The position numbers and the translations under genes were made by a program. Under the pieces are notes generated by a model. The model saw only the letters and a list, made by a program, of their open reading frames with translations, did not search any database and was not told the DNA's origin. A DNA stretch of 63,941 nt, counting the filler, from Bigelowiella natans CCMP2755 (taxonomy: Eukaryota; Protista; Cercozoa), in the NCBI GenBank assembly GCA_000320545.1. It is 5 parts of 5 records of this genome, joined end to end, with 100 filler letters (N's around TTAATTAATTAA, not from the genome) between each part and the next. Parts side by side here need not be neighbours in the genome. Positions count along the whole stretch, not along the records: positions 10,803 to 30,155 come from ADNK01001584.1; positions 30,256 to 43,271 come from ADNK01000957.1; 3 more parts are not named here. One strand, given 5' to 3'. This document shows, piece by piece, positions 27,354 through 40,464 of this stretch. Position 1 is the first letter of the stretch, and every line of letters begins with the position of its first letter.

Positions 27354-27969
27354 CTGGTATTTATTATTGCACGTAAACTCAAATTATATACGCTAAGTGG
27401 CAATCGGGTGAAATTTATCTTTATTTCGAATCTTTATTTGCGCAAGCAAGCGCGCGCGCGTGTGTGTGTGTGTGCATGTGCATCATGAAAATAATATACA
27501 TCGGGCTCTCCCTCAAGATGAGGTCTGCTCCCCGACGGATTAGTGGGAGATTGTGTTGGGTGGTGATGCCAGACGTAATCTCCATGATACCTTTAATATA
27601 TACAGAAAATAGAGAAACAATTGTATTAACGGAGATGATGGCTTTAAGATAGATACCCAGTAAACAAAGAACACCATGAATTCATGCGTCCTAGTCATTG
27701 CATGTTCCAAAGTCCGTACAAAGCATCTCAGTATCATCAGCATTATTTAGCACTCAAAAATTGAAGCGCCCTGCTTCGGCCTTTATACCAACCCATCCGC
27801 AGAGTTTCCTTCGAACCACAAATGCGCGTACACAGCCCTCTTCTCCCACAGCGAAAAGAAGCAAGAACCCAAACAACTAAAACACACAGTGGATTGGAGA
27901 CTTACGTGTAGTGATAGCGAGCAGCTTCCTTGAGCGGGATAATATCGTCACAATCACACCATTCAGGTG

Positions 27970-28014
<45 letters not shown>

Positions 28015-30023
28015 CAGACGGAAAGGCGTGTCAAATGGACACTGTATGGTAGTAAACAGTTCTAATGTCTCGCATTGTTTCTGTTATGGCCAGAGCTTAA
28101 GTCGTTTCTTCGTATGCAAACTCTTTCAGATTCATCTCTCATCAAAAGCGCGGTAAGAAAAATAGTGATAGCGAAGAGAATTCAGTGTTATTAGTGCGTG
28201 AGTCGAGTAAAGAGGGAGGGGTTCCGGGAGGCTGCAGAAAGAATTGTTTCTCTTGTAACCTCGTGAGCGCCAGAATACTTTGTATTATCTACTCTCCGAT
28301 GAAAATCTTGGTATTGCGTAACGTTCAACTTGATCTGTTTTTCGAAATGTATGATAGGTTATTGACGTCAAAACGAAGACTCTCTCTCTCTCTCTCACAC
28401 ACACACATACACACACATACACACACATACGAATCAATGCAATCAAATACACACTTGAGCATAAAAATTTGAAATTAGAATAATACGTTTGTGTGCGTGT
28501 GTGTGTGTGTGTGTACACGCGCGCGCGTGCATGTTTGTTTTGCTCCTGTCCACGCTTCCTACCCATAAAGACTCGCTTTCGTTATATGCCAACTTGAACG
28601 AAATCATCGGACAATTGCTAATATGGGGAGGAAACGTAGTAACTTCAATAATCCCTGGAAATTTCATGGTCATGGCAAAACTCTGGTATTTTTAGGAACA
28701 TTGTGTGCGCATGCATTTCTTCTCCTCGCTCATTGAGCACAGTGTGATTCAGTTTCGCGTACAGATTTGCTGAGTTTTCGTCGTACGCCAAGCAAGAGGT
28801 GTAGTTATAGCTGGGCGATACCGTGTGCGAACATAAAGAAAATAAAGAAGCAGCAATGATTGTTTGGCAACCCACTGAACGTTCAAACTTTCCAAGCTCC
28901 ACTCTCAAAAAGTAGAAAATATGTCTTTCATCTCCTGGAATAAAGGCATGAGAGTTGTGCTTTCAGATCTCACCCCTCAGCTACAAGGCTATCTTCATCC
29001 TGAGAAGTAAACACATGGTCAGGGAAGCAAAGCTCAGCGTTAACTGCTGCGATGCTTGCGGCAGCATTATGGCAAAATTTTTGGGGAAGAATACCAAACT
29101 GAACTTTGCCCCAAACTGCAAACATAATACACTTTTTTACTGGCTCAGTTTTCCAATAACTAACGCTCATCTCTCGTAAAAGCCGCACCATCCTCTTCGT
29201 CGCCCCTCGCAACCTCCCCCTCCCCCCTTCTATGTTCGGTCTGTAGGCGATCTTCCTTACCAGTTGGCTTGCGTACGGATGTACCACCCTATTTGGGGGA
29301 GCTTGATATCCTGAACGCATTAAATATATATACAATTAGCGTCCTGAGTCCTCAATCTCCAAAACGACGGCTGCTGGCCAACAGTGAGGAAAACGCCCTC
29401 GGCGTGATAGAAAGAAGAAATTGTTTCGAAATCTACCGATGTAAGAACGAGTGCTTTCCATAGCTGCGTCGCCAATCTAAGAATGAGATTCGGGGGGGGG
29501 GATAAACGACACAGACACTCACACAAGCGCACACATGCGAGTATGGGCACTTCACTGTTCGAATTTTAAACAGAAATTCATTGAAAAATATACATGCATA
29601 CTACCTCAAACTCCCAGTACGCGGGGGTGTTTAGCGTACAAGCCTGAGAAGAGAAAATAATTCCGCTTTAGCCGTGTAAGCAAAGCGAATCGGTTTGCGA
29701 GAATATAATACTAATCTCCAACTATCCAACGTCACTCTCAGCGAGGACATTCAAAAGAAATATAATACAAAGCGCAGCCTCAACTAACGATGAACTCTCA
29801 GCACACCGCGTCACCATATTTTCACAATGAAATGGAAAAAATCACTTATATAACGTGAGTATCTATCGCGGGAAGTTGCGCAAAGAATAATCTGCTCTCC
29901 ATCGAGCCATCACAGAATAACACGCGAAATGCTTCTTTGGCAGAATTTTAAACAAAAATAAAGCTATACGTCATAGTTCTCGAAATAGTTGAGTCCGATC
30001 TGTAAAAAAGATAATTAGCACTC

Positions 30024-30100
<77 letters not shown>

Positions 30101-30155
30101 ATATATTGACGTATTCCCTTCTTGAGTATCTTCTCAACATTCTTCCTTTTTAGAA

Positions 30156-30255
30156 NNNNNNNNNNNNNNNNNNNNNNNNNNNNNNNNNNNNNNNNNNNNT
30201 TAATTAATTAANNNNNNNNNNNNNNNNNNNNNNNNNNNNNNNNNNNNNNNNNNNN
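30156..30255. other. Assembly linker, contig junction
   Basis: Same N-TTAATTAATTAA-N cassette; it truncates the gag-pol ORF. Confidence 0.98.
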
Positions 30256-32347
30256 ATATTTTATTAATGTACTTTTTGCCTTTGTCGATATCCCAATCAT
30301 CAGCTGGGGGGGTCTTGTCCAGTAGCTCCGTTATCTGTCGGATGGTCTTGCCGGGGTTCTTCTTCCGTAGCTCGGTAGGTGTAGGTAGCTTGTTGTCCGC
30401 TAGGTCCATAAACTCTAACGCATTAACGCTTGACTCAGAGGTCCACTCGTCAAGCCGTATCATGTTCTGGCTGATGGTCCTGCCTGACTTCTTTGGCAAC
30501 TTAGCAAAGTATATCTTGTGATTGTAGAATGATATGATCCCCCCTAATTTTTCTAGGGCATCCTGTCCGAGGAGTAGTTCCATGGATAAAGTCATGGCTA
30601 CTCGGGTCTTGATTTGGGTCTCCGCGTCGCTGCCAGGTATCTGTAGCTTTAGCATTAGCTCACCGACGGTCTTCATGGAAGAGCTTCCGTCTGCTTGAGC
30701 ATATTTACGTTCTTTCTTAGTCACTTGATCCAATAGTCCTAACCTTCTTACTGTGCTTAGGCTTATGAAGGACTTCGGCATGCTGCCACTATCCCAAAGG
30801 GCAGGTAGTTTCTTGTAGTCTCCGTAGCTGTCTTTAACTTTAACCTTGGTCATAGCAACTTTGATAGTCCTGTTAGCGTCTTCGTCATTAATGTTGCATA
30901 CTCCTAAGTTCTTTATGTCGTCTAGGGTCATGGGCTTGTCTTGGTCCTGCGTTGCTGGTACTGCTGTCTTCGTCGGCGCCTGCTTAAGGTGATCTAATAT
31001 TCCGTTTATCTGCTGCTGTATAGCATTGATACTGTTCTGCTTTTTGTTCTTATATTTATTGTTCTTCCCGTTGTTGCTGCCTTGCCATTTGCTGTTGTTA
31101 TATCCTTGTCCTCTGCCTTTCTTTCTCTTTAACTTCTCGTAGTGTTCGTTGAGCTGCCTGATCGTCATCCTGGGTCGTCCTTCTTTCCTGTCTCTGCAGT
31201 CTTTAGCGGTGTGTTTCCCTTTACGTGAGCAGTATCCGCAACGTCGGTTACCTTCCCTGTCCTTGTACCAGTCTCGCTGCGGCTTAATAGCGTTAATGTT
31301 TCCTATGCCAGGTACCTTAGGGCTGGTAAACTTGCGGTCCTGCTCCTGCTCGCGTAGGGATATAGCCTGCACTGCTGCCTCCATCGTGGTGTAGCCTTTC
31401 TCCGTAACGTAAGTGGATTCCTTTATCTTTAACTTGAACTCTTCAAACCTTGCCTGATCATCACCTGTGTTGTAATTAAAATCATGTAGTTCGTCGATCA
31501 TATCCTGGAAGCGCGTGGCAAAGTCTCTAACAGGTTCTCTCTCATGCTGCATCATTGCTCTGTATTTTCTAATAGCCTGGGGTAGGGAGTTAGCATCCTG
31601 TTCATTTACAAAAGCCTTCATTATCGCCTCAACGTCTCGTAGCCCACTAACTGTAGTGTGTATTTTCTCTAGCTGCCTGATCCGGGTCCTGCCTGTCTCG
31701 TAAAGGTCCATGGCTTGCTTTATTATAGCTAGCCATTTGAGCTTGTCGTTTTCGGTGGGGTTAGGGGTAAAGTCGCAGAGTATACTCCTAGCGTTCTTCC
31801 ACCACCTCCTTGCCTCACCTCTTTTCCCGTTGTATTTCGTTATCATAACCGGTGCTGTTTTAACAGACATGAACTGGGTGTTCCGCTGTACCGGCTGCTG
31901 CTGCTTGACGGTGCTCTGGGTCGTCCCCCGCGAGGCGCCCAGACCCCCGTCGTTCCTAAACAAAGCTGCCCACTCTGGAGGTAAGTCTGCTTCGTAATCC
32001 ATGATGTCCTGCATGATAGCTGCCCAAACATCATGTGTCTGATACTTGTATTCTATCGATACTTTCAGTTTGGCGTAGTTGCTCGCCCTGGGTCGCAAGG
32101 CTCGTAATGCCATTACGACCTTCTTGCTTTCGGCGGCCACGTCCTCGTCGTCCGCCTCGTAGAAGTTCTCCAGTGCCTCTGCTGCTGCATCTGCTTTCTT
32201 AATCCCGGGTGCTGGTCCCGGCGGTGCCTGTGGAGGTGTTCCTCCTCCTTCCTTAGCGTCCGTATCGCCCTTCCTTTCCTGTTTCTGCTCGTGCCCTTGC
32301 ACGGCCTGCGAGCCAAAGTCCTGCTGTTCTTCTAGCTGCTGTGACAT
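30256..32347 (-). CDS. Gag-protease polyprotein (partial)
   Basis: About 700 codons without a stop. Gag-like KYNGKRGEARRWW, zinc knuckle CGYCSRKGKHTAKDC, aspartic protease ALWDSGSMPKSFIS with downstream LLLGQDAL. Confidence 0.9.
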
Positions 32348-32386
32348 TGTTAGTCAAATCGTTTCCCGTGTGTGGAAGCCAAAGGT

Positions 32387-32712
32387 TGTTGCGCGTAAGG
32401 TGTTCACAGGCCGAGGCGCTACGTGCACAAGTAGGCAGGGGGGGGGAAAGGCACGTTTGCTTCCTTTTGAAGAGTTGTGTTTATTTTTATTAAAGATTAT
32501 ATTTTTATTAAATCGTGCACTGCGTAATCATTCGCGAAGCTTTCGCGAATGCCGCCGCACGTGGGGCAGCACACTTCCGGTGTGCTGCCATGAGTCCCGC
32601 CGGAACCCACGTGCCTATGCTGTATTAATATCTACGTTATCTATATTCTATATCCGCGACAACCCCTTTGTTGTCGCACGTGACTTGTGCCCGCGTAGTG
32701 GTACGCGCTACA
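32387..32712 (-). repeat. 5' LTR (326 bp)
   Basis: TG...CA termini with 11-bp imperfect inverted repeats, followed after 5 nt by a TGG-initiated PBS-like sequence. Confidence 0.8.
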
Positions 32713-33826
32713 TGTTGAACGTCCAATCGCAACATCAACGTTTCAATGCTTCAATGTTTCGTTTGATGGAGCCCTTGATCCCATGATGCGGGTCTCTTTG
32801 TCGACACTCTTCTTTTTCTTTTTCTTCTCATCATTGTTCGTCTCCTTCTTTGGCTTCACTTCACGTCGTGCACACACACACACACATGTCACGTGCACAT
32901 GCACATGCACCCACCACTTGACCAGGCTAGCAGGCGGTGCACAGGTGAAGACCACTCCTGGTGATCCTTTTGATCGCATTGTTGAAGAAAACTCGTTCAT
33001 CATTCAAGCGTCCTTGCAGGGACTTGAAGTCCACATGTCCTTGAAATGACATTGTTTGTCCCCTTCTAGCCTTCGGCTTCGTTCACACATCCGCACAACT
33101 GAGCATGACAATGCACTAGCTAGCTGGAGCAGTCTAGCAGTCCTTGACAGTTTGAGAAGTCTAGAAGTGTCACATCGATCCGATCCTCCAATCCACAGAC
33201 TAGCAGTGCACTTCTTTGTCCACTCATCCTCCAGATCTCCAGACACAGGACACTCAGGCTCCATGCAGATCGCGATCCTCCCTAGCTCCTCGCTTGCCCG
33301 CATCATGCGCACCTGTCCACCGATCCCAATTTTCCTGTTTTTTGGTTCTCATTGTTGCATCTTCGATCTGACCTGCTAGCCTGGCCGGCCTGCAAGTGGT
33401 GGGTCCTAGCTAGCTGAGGCCGCCCAGCGCCGATGGCGCCATCGCACGCACCTCAGCCAGCTAGCTGCTACATGCTAGCACATGTGCAACACGTCGATTC
33501 AATGCTGTCATCATTCATCAATGCGGCTTGCGCAACCACTAAACAATCTAGCAATGCACCGTGCATCTGTGCATTGCGCATGCATATCGCATGACTCTTG
33601 CGCGCACGTCCTAGCGTCGTGTGGTTTCACACACACACACACACACACACGCACAAGACACTTCATTGTTGCTGTCCACGGCAGCTACAACGTCATGCCA
33701 ATTGCACGCCGTGCACATGCAACGCACCATGCACAATCATGGCTTTCAAACAACAGCAAAAAAATGATTTGACCAACCACTTGGAACAATCTTCGTTACA
33801 AACAAAGTCTAAACATACAAGCATGA

Positions 33827-35151
33827 TCAGGTTGCCTGATCTATATTCCCAGGCATACTGACGGACTCATGAAATATTGTAGTTGTCGATGGAGATTTCA
33901 GCTCTCCTTGCAAAGCCTGTGCATCAGAATCTGACGGCTCGAGAATTGATCCAGAATAGGTGTTAGCTCGGCGACGAGAAGTGACACCAATGCTACATTT
34001 GGCAACCTTCTTCAAATGCCGCATGGAGCTCATTTGTGCGAATGAAACAGATCGTCGCACTGCATCTAATCTTCCACTATTTGGTGATGCTAATTTGAGA
34101 TAGTACTTCGTTTTTGCCCCTGCCGCTGCTGCACTTGGAGTGTTTGATTTCGCCGTTCTTGCTGGAGCTCTGTTGAGATGGGCCTCCCTATTCGGCGTCA
34201 ACGCACGAAGTGCAAAGTAGTAGCGCGAATACGTCTTGCCAGATATGTGGAGATTGTACTGTTTCCATAACAAAATTTAGTACAAATTGTATAGGAAAAA
34301 ATGCTGTGGACCTGTAACTGAGAATGGAACGCACGTTCCAACCGATTCAATCCGCGAACTGGAATAGCCGGGAACAGCTCAGAGAATTGACCGTTCCAAG
34401 TTGGATTATCTTCCCACACTGTAGTCAATAAATCAAATAATTGTTAATCATTGAATGTGTGTGTGTGTGTGTGTGTGCGCGCGCGCGCGCGTTAGATTAG
34501 ACCTTTGGAGGCGGTAAGAAGGGCTACCATTGTGATCGGTAGCCAGTTCCTTTCTGTGAGTCGAACAGCCCGTTTTCCACGCGACAAACGATCAATGTAG
34601 ATGAGGGCCACGATCATACACTCCGGAGCAAGACGAGCACCAGCGAACATAAGTTTGATGAAGGCATGAATATTGGCTACTGTAGGCGGTGGAGCAACAA
34701 TTTGGCGTTCTCGTTGAGCATAGCATGGAATACTGCAGCCAATAGGAAACCGTGGGGCTGCAACAATGTACGTTTTCTTCATAAAATTTTCAATATCGAA
34801 GGCTGTCTTGGATGACGGGTTCAGGCGAGAACCTCGGACAGTTTTGTTTGTCTTTTGATCTCGGTTTCCCGTACGAGTTGGTCCTTCACCTGAAAGTCGG
34901 ATCAGACGAAAAAGAGCCCTGCTCACACTTTGAATGCTATCCTCATGGCGATACACACGGGAATTTGAGAGCCCTCTCGCCCCACCATTACGCTCAGGAG
35001 TAGAACTAGTTGGAGGAGCACGTTGAGAGCTGGAGGTTTTCATGTCTTTCAGGGTGAGAACGTCTGGCCTCTTAGATTCGTCGCTCATGCAACGAGGTCT
35101 CATTCCAACTTTGCTTCTTTCATGTACCGGCCCGTTCATTTTACATTTCAT
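33827..35151 (-). CDS. CCNY: Cyclin Y-like cyclin
   Basis: Exons ...-34503, 34418-34312 and 34258-33827 splice in phase to PPTVANIHAFIKLMFAGARLAPECMIVALIYIDRL...NWLPITMVALLTASK|VWEDNPTWNGQF...LNRLERAF..QLQ|YNLHISGKTYSRYYFALRAL, the cyclin-Y box. Start codon uncertain. Confidence 0.85.
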
Positions 35152-36616
35152 TAATCTCTAGTTGATAATCTGCTGCAGATTAGATCTTGTATCCGGTCAA
35201 AGATGATTTCCTATCCTACCACTCTCCCAATCTCAAAGTGATTCATGCTTTCGGTAAGAATCTGATGCAAGGGGGGGATAACCCGTCCCCTGTGGTAGTA
35301 CGCTTCCTTGAGACGGTATGCTTGCCCTACCCTTGCCTCTCTCGTTCAGGTTCCGATTTGGCGAATGGAAATTAATGACACTCTCGGCGAATTTGACAGA
35401 TTAGTTGCGTTCTGCTCGCCAAATGACTGTCAGTCACCAAGAATTCTCGGAACGCCCGATAAACAACCGTGAGAGAAAAGTCTTAAAATCTGAATTTGTA
35501 GAGCATGCACTTCGAAACATTGAGCTGAAGGAAAGAAGAAGAGGAAGAAGGGGGGCATAAATAGGTTAAACAGCTTTGTTGCCGCGGTTTTCTCCTAAAT
35601 TTCTCCAGGCTCGATTGTGCGTGCCAAACATCTTAACGATATTTGTATCAAACCCTAAACGCTCGAATTTGGTGGTCCGAAACATTCGCAACCGCAGCGA
35701 AAATGCAGAGAAAGGCTTGGTATTTCTCAACTGCGACAAACATCAGCTGTAGTCCCTCAACTGATCAAGCTCGGATTGACAGAGGACTAGCTCGTAGCAC
35801 ACGAGTTAACTTGCATACTGCACCATCATGTCAAACCACATGCATGCACAGCGAAACACTGATGACTACTTCTCCGTGCCTTCTCAATCAATCTTGAATC
35901 TTGAATCTTGAATCTTCGAATGACAGAAAGGAATTTCTTTCCGATGGAAATGGATGTCAGGGGGCGGCGGTGGGGGATCGTCTGTGCCTGCGAGCCGCTG
36001 ACCTGGGGATCGAGTTTTCGACGTCACCCAAGTGTCAATCGCTCTTTCTGCATTTTGCTTCAGCCCTGCGCAGCAAGCATTTCTTTCTTTCCTTCTTCTT
36101 TCTTTGTTCGTTTGTTCGTTGGAATTGAGTCGCTGATCGGCGAGAGAATTCCTGGCACTGAGTCATGTTCACACATCACGTTTTTGACGTTGCCACATGC
36201 AAGTCTAGTGCATTATGCATCGCACCACCACAAGCACAGCTAGACAGCGTGTGTGCAACGACAAGCATGTCACATTGACGTGCATGCACGCATGCCTAGG
36301 TGCGTCAACAGCACGCGAAAACGGACACGACTAGACAATTGTGGACAACGTGCAGTCTAGCAGTGTGTTGCTGCGTGCATGAAGTGCATCTAGGCATTGT
36401 TGTGGACGCACGCGTAGCATGCACAACATGTAAGTTGTCAATCGGTGCATCCCCATGTCCAGTGTGCATGCAGCACACCGCACATCCAGATGTGTTCGTG
36501 CAGCATGCGTGTTGCGTGCACACTCACTGCTGTGGCAGACAGAGCAACGCTGATAACACATAACAAAATGGTGGGCGGCATGCCACAATTGTGACAATCC
36601 ACAGTAATGCTATGCT

Positions 36617-37679
36617 TTATGATTCTGTGCCTTGTAGAGTAGGAGCAAAAAATTCTTTTTGGATGAATGCAGATACAGGAACAGCCTAAGAGGGAAGGGA
36701 TTTTTTATAAGTCTAGAATGTCAACACTAAACCATAAACATATTTACCTCCGAGGAAGTCTCTTCCAGGTATGCTGACCATTCAAAATTCTCCTTTCAAA
36801 GTAATAACTCGAGTTAACGATGGAATTAACTTGCATTAATTCTCAATTGAAGTAAAGAACATCATAAACTGCGTGTGTGTTAACCTTATCTCCTTTAAGA
36901 TATCCCCTTGGTGGATCCAGGGGTAATTCCAGCGACTGTAATCACACCATTAGAAATCTCATAAGAGAGGCGATGATACGGGCGCAAACCACTTTACGCA
37001 CTTCTGTTGTTCCGACGGGTGCAACCAAAGCCGAGTCAGGAGACGTCCAAAAGTCCCAATCACCGTCCCATCTAGTACAGCAAGAAAGAAAGGGAAATGA
37101 TTGAAAATACAGTAGCATCGAGCAAGGTATCCTCTCAATCAATAATAAGAACTTTCGGCGATTTCAAAACAGAAAACAGAAAAACGAAAAACTCAACAAA
37201 AAGACTTGCCCTGCGTTTCACCCCGCCCCCTCCCCACCGTACGACGAAACCCACAAATATTTTCTCGGAATGAATCTAAGATCAGTTCCCACGACCACAA
37301 TGCTTTCGAACTCCTGGACGTACCCGTCAAAATGTATGAATACTCGCTGGTAACGTCGGTCTACAGCAGCAATTGTGGCGACACAATGGTGGCCTAGAAA
37401 GTCAACTGCCTCCAGCTGATTAAAGACAAGAGTAGGATCAAAACGTGGATATAGCAAGAAGATTCGTTGTTGAGGAATCATCATTCAAAAACCAGAATCG
37501 GGAAGAGCATCCGTAGAATAATCCCAATAAGCACACATACGAACCTTCTGGCCAACTCGAAATTCATCGACTAGGTGTGATTCTCCGCGCGACTTTGTAT
37601 ATGGAATATCAATTTCAAAAACGACGCAGTAATCAATGAAAACTACATAGGTAAGTTGTTGAAGAGTTGAAGATTGGGT
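36617..37679 (-). CDS. MBT-repeat (methyl-lysine reader) protein, 3' exons; 5' end further upstream
   Basis: Spliced DEFRVGQK|LEAVDFLGHHCVATIAAVDRRYQRVFIHFDG|WDGDWDFWTSPDSALVAPVGT...GITLDPPRGY...|ENFEWSAYLEETSSE|AVPVSAF reproduces the MBT consensus (F..GMKLEAVD, CVATV, HFDGW, DS..I.PVG, LQPP, F.W..YL). Confidence 0.85.
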
Positions 37680-38708
37680 CTGAAGAGATAAATCACATGA
37701 TGATCATGATAGACCACTATGAATACACATCCCGAAACCCCATCACATATTTTTGTTCTTTCGAGTGAATAAGCAAACGGAGTCAATGACCTCAAAGACG
37801 GTTATGGCATAAGATACACACGAATGCAAAGGTGGCTGCAACGTCAAGAGCCTGAGAAGAGATAAGCATAGAATTACTTGCCGCCTCCGTGCTAAGCAGG
37901 CAGGATATGATGATAATTAGTGCCAACAACGCCTAAAACATCATGCTCTCTTACCAACTTCCTCCCTCGTAGCCCATGTGTGAAGGAGGTGATAACGTCG
38001 CACCATCAGTCCCCACAACCGTGTTTTGTAAGATGCAGATTGCATGGTTATCCTTTGGGGGGGGGGGGGGGGGGAGAGGAGTAGAGGCAATAGCAGCGAC
38101 AAAAAAATATTATCATATTAACTATCACTCGGCATCGATGGATTCAAACGTCATTAAAGGACGTAACAACAACCTGCGTTGGACAATCTCCATGCTGCAG
38201 ATATGCTCCAGCTACACCTTCTGTGACGCCCCCCTAAAAGCACGATTGGTTGGATTTTAGTCTTATTTCACAGGTGTTTCAATTGATGATAGCATCGAAG
38301 AAATGGCGTCTGGTTTCACTATCGAAAAGTAAATATCAGGATTGAAGAAGAGATCGGAGAGATGATTTTTAATTGTCACGGGGTAAATAAAAGCGTTTTG
38401 GAGAGTTCTTAAAGCATTTACCTGTTGCATGATGCTGAGGAAGTCCTTCACAGCATCCATATTTGATTGTGGAACAGCTTTTACCCTTCAAGAACACACA
38501 CACACATATGTACGTATGTATATAAATACATATACATATAGAATGTGTTGGTATTAATGTAGACCAGCATAAGCATGCACACCCCTTATTAGATTGATGT
38601 ATGGGTCAAGCTGTAACATAACGTCCTTAGTATTTCCGTACTTGACTTCAATCGAAGATTTCGACGTTTTTACAAAAAGCAGGTAGGACATACATTACTA
38701 CTACTACA

Positions 38709-38742
<34 letters not shown>

Positions 38743-38929
38743 AAGTATATCACCAGACGAGCCACTCCACTTCGGGATTTGCTCTATAGATGTAGGTCCC
38801 ATTTTCACCGCATACCTAATTCGTAAGGAGAGGCACCTGGTGATACTGTAAGCCACCACAAATCTACGTTACTGTATTAGTAGTAGTAGTAGTAGTAGTA
38901 GTAGTACATCGGCCTCTTTGTCTAAAACT

Positions 38930-39624
38930 ACCCATAGCACGCACTGCGATGTGCTACCTTTTTTATGCTCGTTCCACGAGGGTGAAGGAGGGATTGCGGT
39001 CTGTCCCACGATGCGGTAACCTCGAAATGCTGGTGCTGCAGCTGGCCATCCTCTCCGTCCGCCTTATTGTTGCTACTGTGTTCTCCCGATGCGGACTTTT
39101 CCTCCTCCATCGATGAGCTCCAACCCCACTCCATCTCGTGCGTCGGGTAGACTAACACGTACATGATGTGCCCTCCTGAATTGCAGGCCAGATTGCCCTC
39201 CCCTTCAAAGGGTATCCACCTATCTGATGACTGTAGAATCGCGCCTTTTCTGTCCCACACGGCGGGGGGGGCATTCAACGCATAACTGGCGCCGAATGTA
39301 ATCTTCCTCGACGATCTCTTGGCCCCTGAGGATGGCAATGTTCTTACGATGATTTCCGGGGATCGAGCGTTATCAAGTCGGAATATCGCCGAGGAGTAAC
39401 GACCCATAAACGCTGAAGACACGGGAACCTGCAAGGGGGCCATGTGCAGACACAAAATTGATGGATCTCGATCTTACGTTGCTTAGTAATTGATATTTAA
39501 TTAAAATGAGAATATACAACATCGAGGCACCTCTGACGTAAGATCTTGTGCCTCTTCGAGAGGGCGAGAACATGCAGCTCGCAATTTTAGCGTGTAGTCG
39601 ATGTAAACCTATCAAATCATCACC

Positions 39625-39658
<34 letters not shown>

Positions 39659-40114
39659 TTCTCGTCAAACATTCAATGAAATTTCTTCGTCGTTAACGTC
39701 CGAAAGGCAAAGCAACTGTTCTGGAGCAACCTGCTGGGTAGTATTGGGACCAGCGATGGCGATATACACCTAAACATTGAACGATGAGGGTGGGTTGGGG
39801 GGGACTAGAACGTGCACGTTATTATTAAGACGTCACCCGTTGTTGGGACTCCAATACATGAATTCGCGCAGTTCCGGTGCCTGCCAAATATCGAGAACTA
39901 TTAGTATCTCCAAGGTACAGCATCAAGGGAAAGGGAGGGGATGATATTACTTTCATCCTTCGCTAATTTTACGGTGCCTCGCCTCTGATAAAGAGTATGC
40001 GTAGGCGGTTCGTGAAGTGAAACATAAACCCTTGCTTTGTGCTTCTTGCCTGCTTTCCAACTCTGCGAATTAGTAGCTCGTTTCAGATGATGGTGAATCA
40101 GAATCCCTCGCAAT

Positions 40115-40151
<37 letters not shown>

Positions 40152-40464
40152 TACTCACCACAGGCGATGCTCGAATCAAAGCGAGGATTGTGCAGGAGGA
40201 TGTGAGGTTAGCTGTCACGTCGTCGATGAAGTCCAACGAGAACTGCCTAATCTCCGAGCCTCGAAGCCTTCCACTGATGTAATTAATGATGGACAGACCA
40301 TCAACCGTTGTGCGGAACCAACAGAGACCTCCAAAACTATAAACCCCGTACCTGGTTGCAATGTCATCGCCTGGAAACAGGATCTCACGATCGAAACCCT
40401 TCGTGCACGTGGCGGCTAGCACCAGTGCTACCAGGATAGCAGGTGACGTGCGTGTAGTCGCCAT
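38930..40464 (-). CDS. Multi-exon gene with N-terminal signal-peptide-like sequence, function unknown (may be separate from or part of the MBT gene)
   Basis: MATTRTSPAILVALVLAATCTKG leader, later GRLRGS, and a strong GTGAGT donor at about 40160. Several short phase-compatible exons follow (VYIAIAGPNTTQQ, VYIDYTLKLR, VPVSSAFMGRY). Chain below 38930 not resolved. Confidence 0.4.

Larger units (their letters stand above)
30256..32712 (-). mobile_element. Young Ty3/gypsy-like LTR retrotransposon, 5' part (LTR, PBS, gag-protease), truncated by contig end
   Basis: LTR 32712-32387 begins TGTAGCGCGTA and ends TACGCGCAACA (10/11 inverted termini) and contains AATAAA. PBS-like TGGCTTCCACACACGGGA at 32381-32364. 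Uninterrupted gag-protease ORF follows. Confidence 0.9.
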
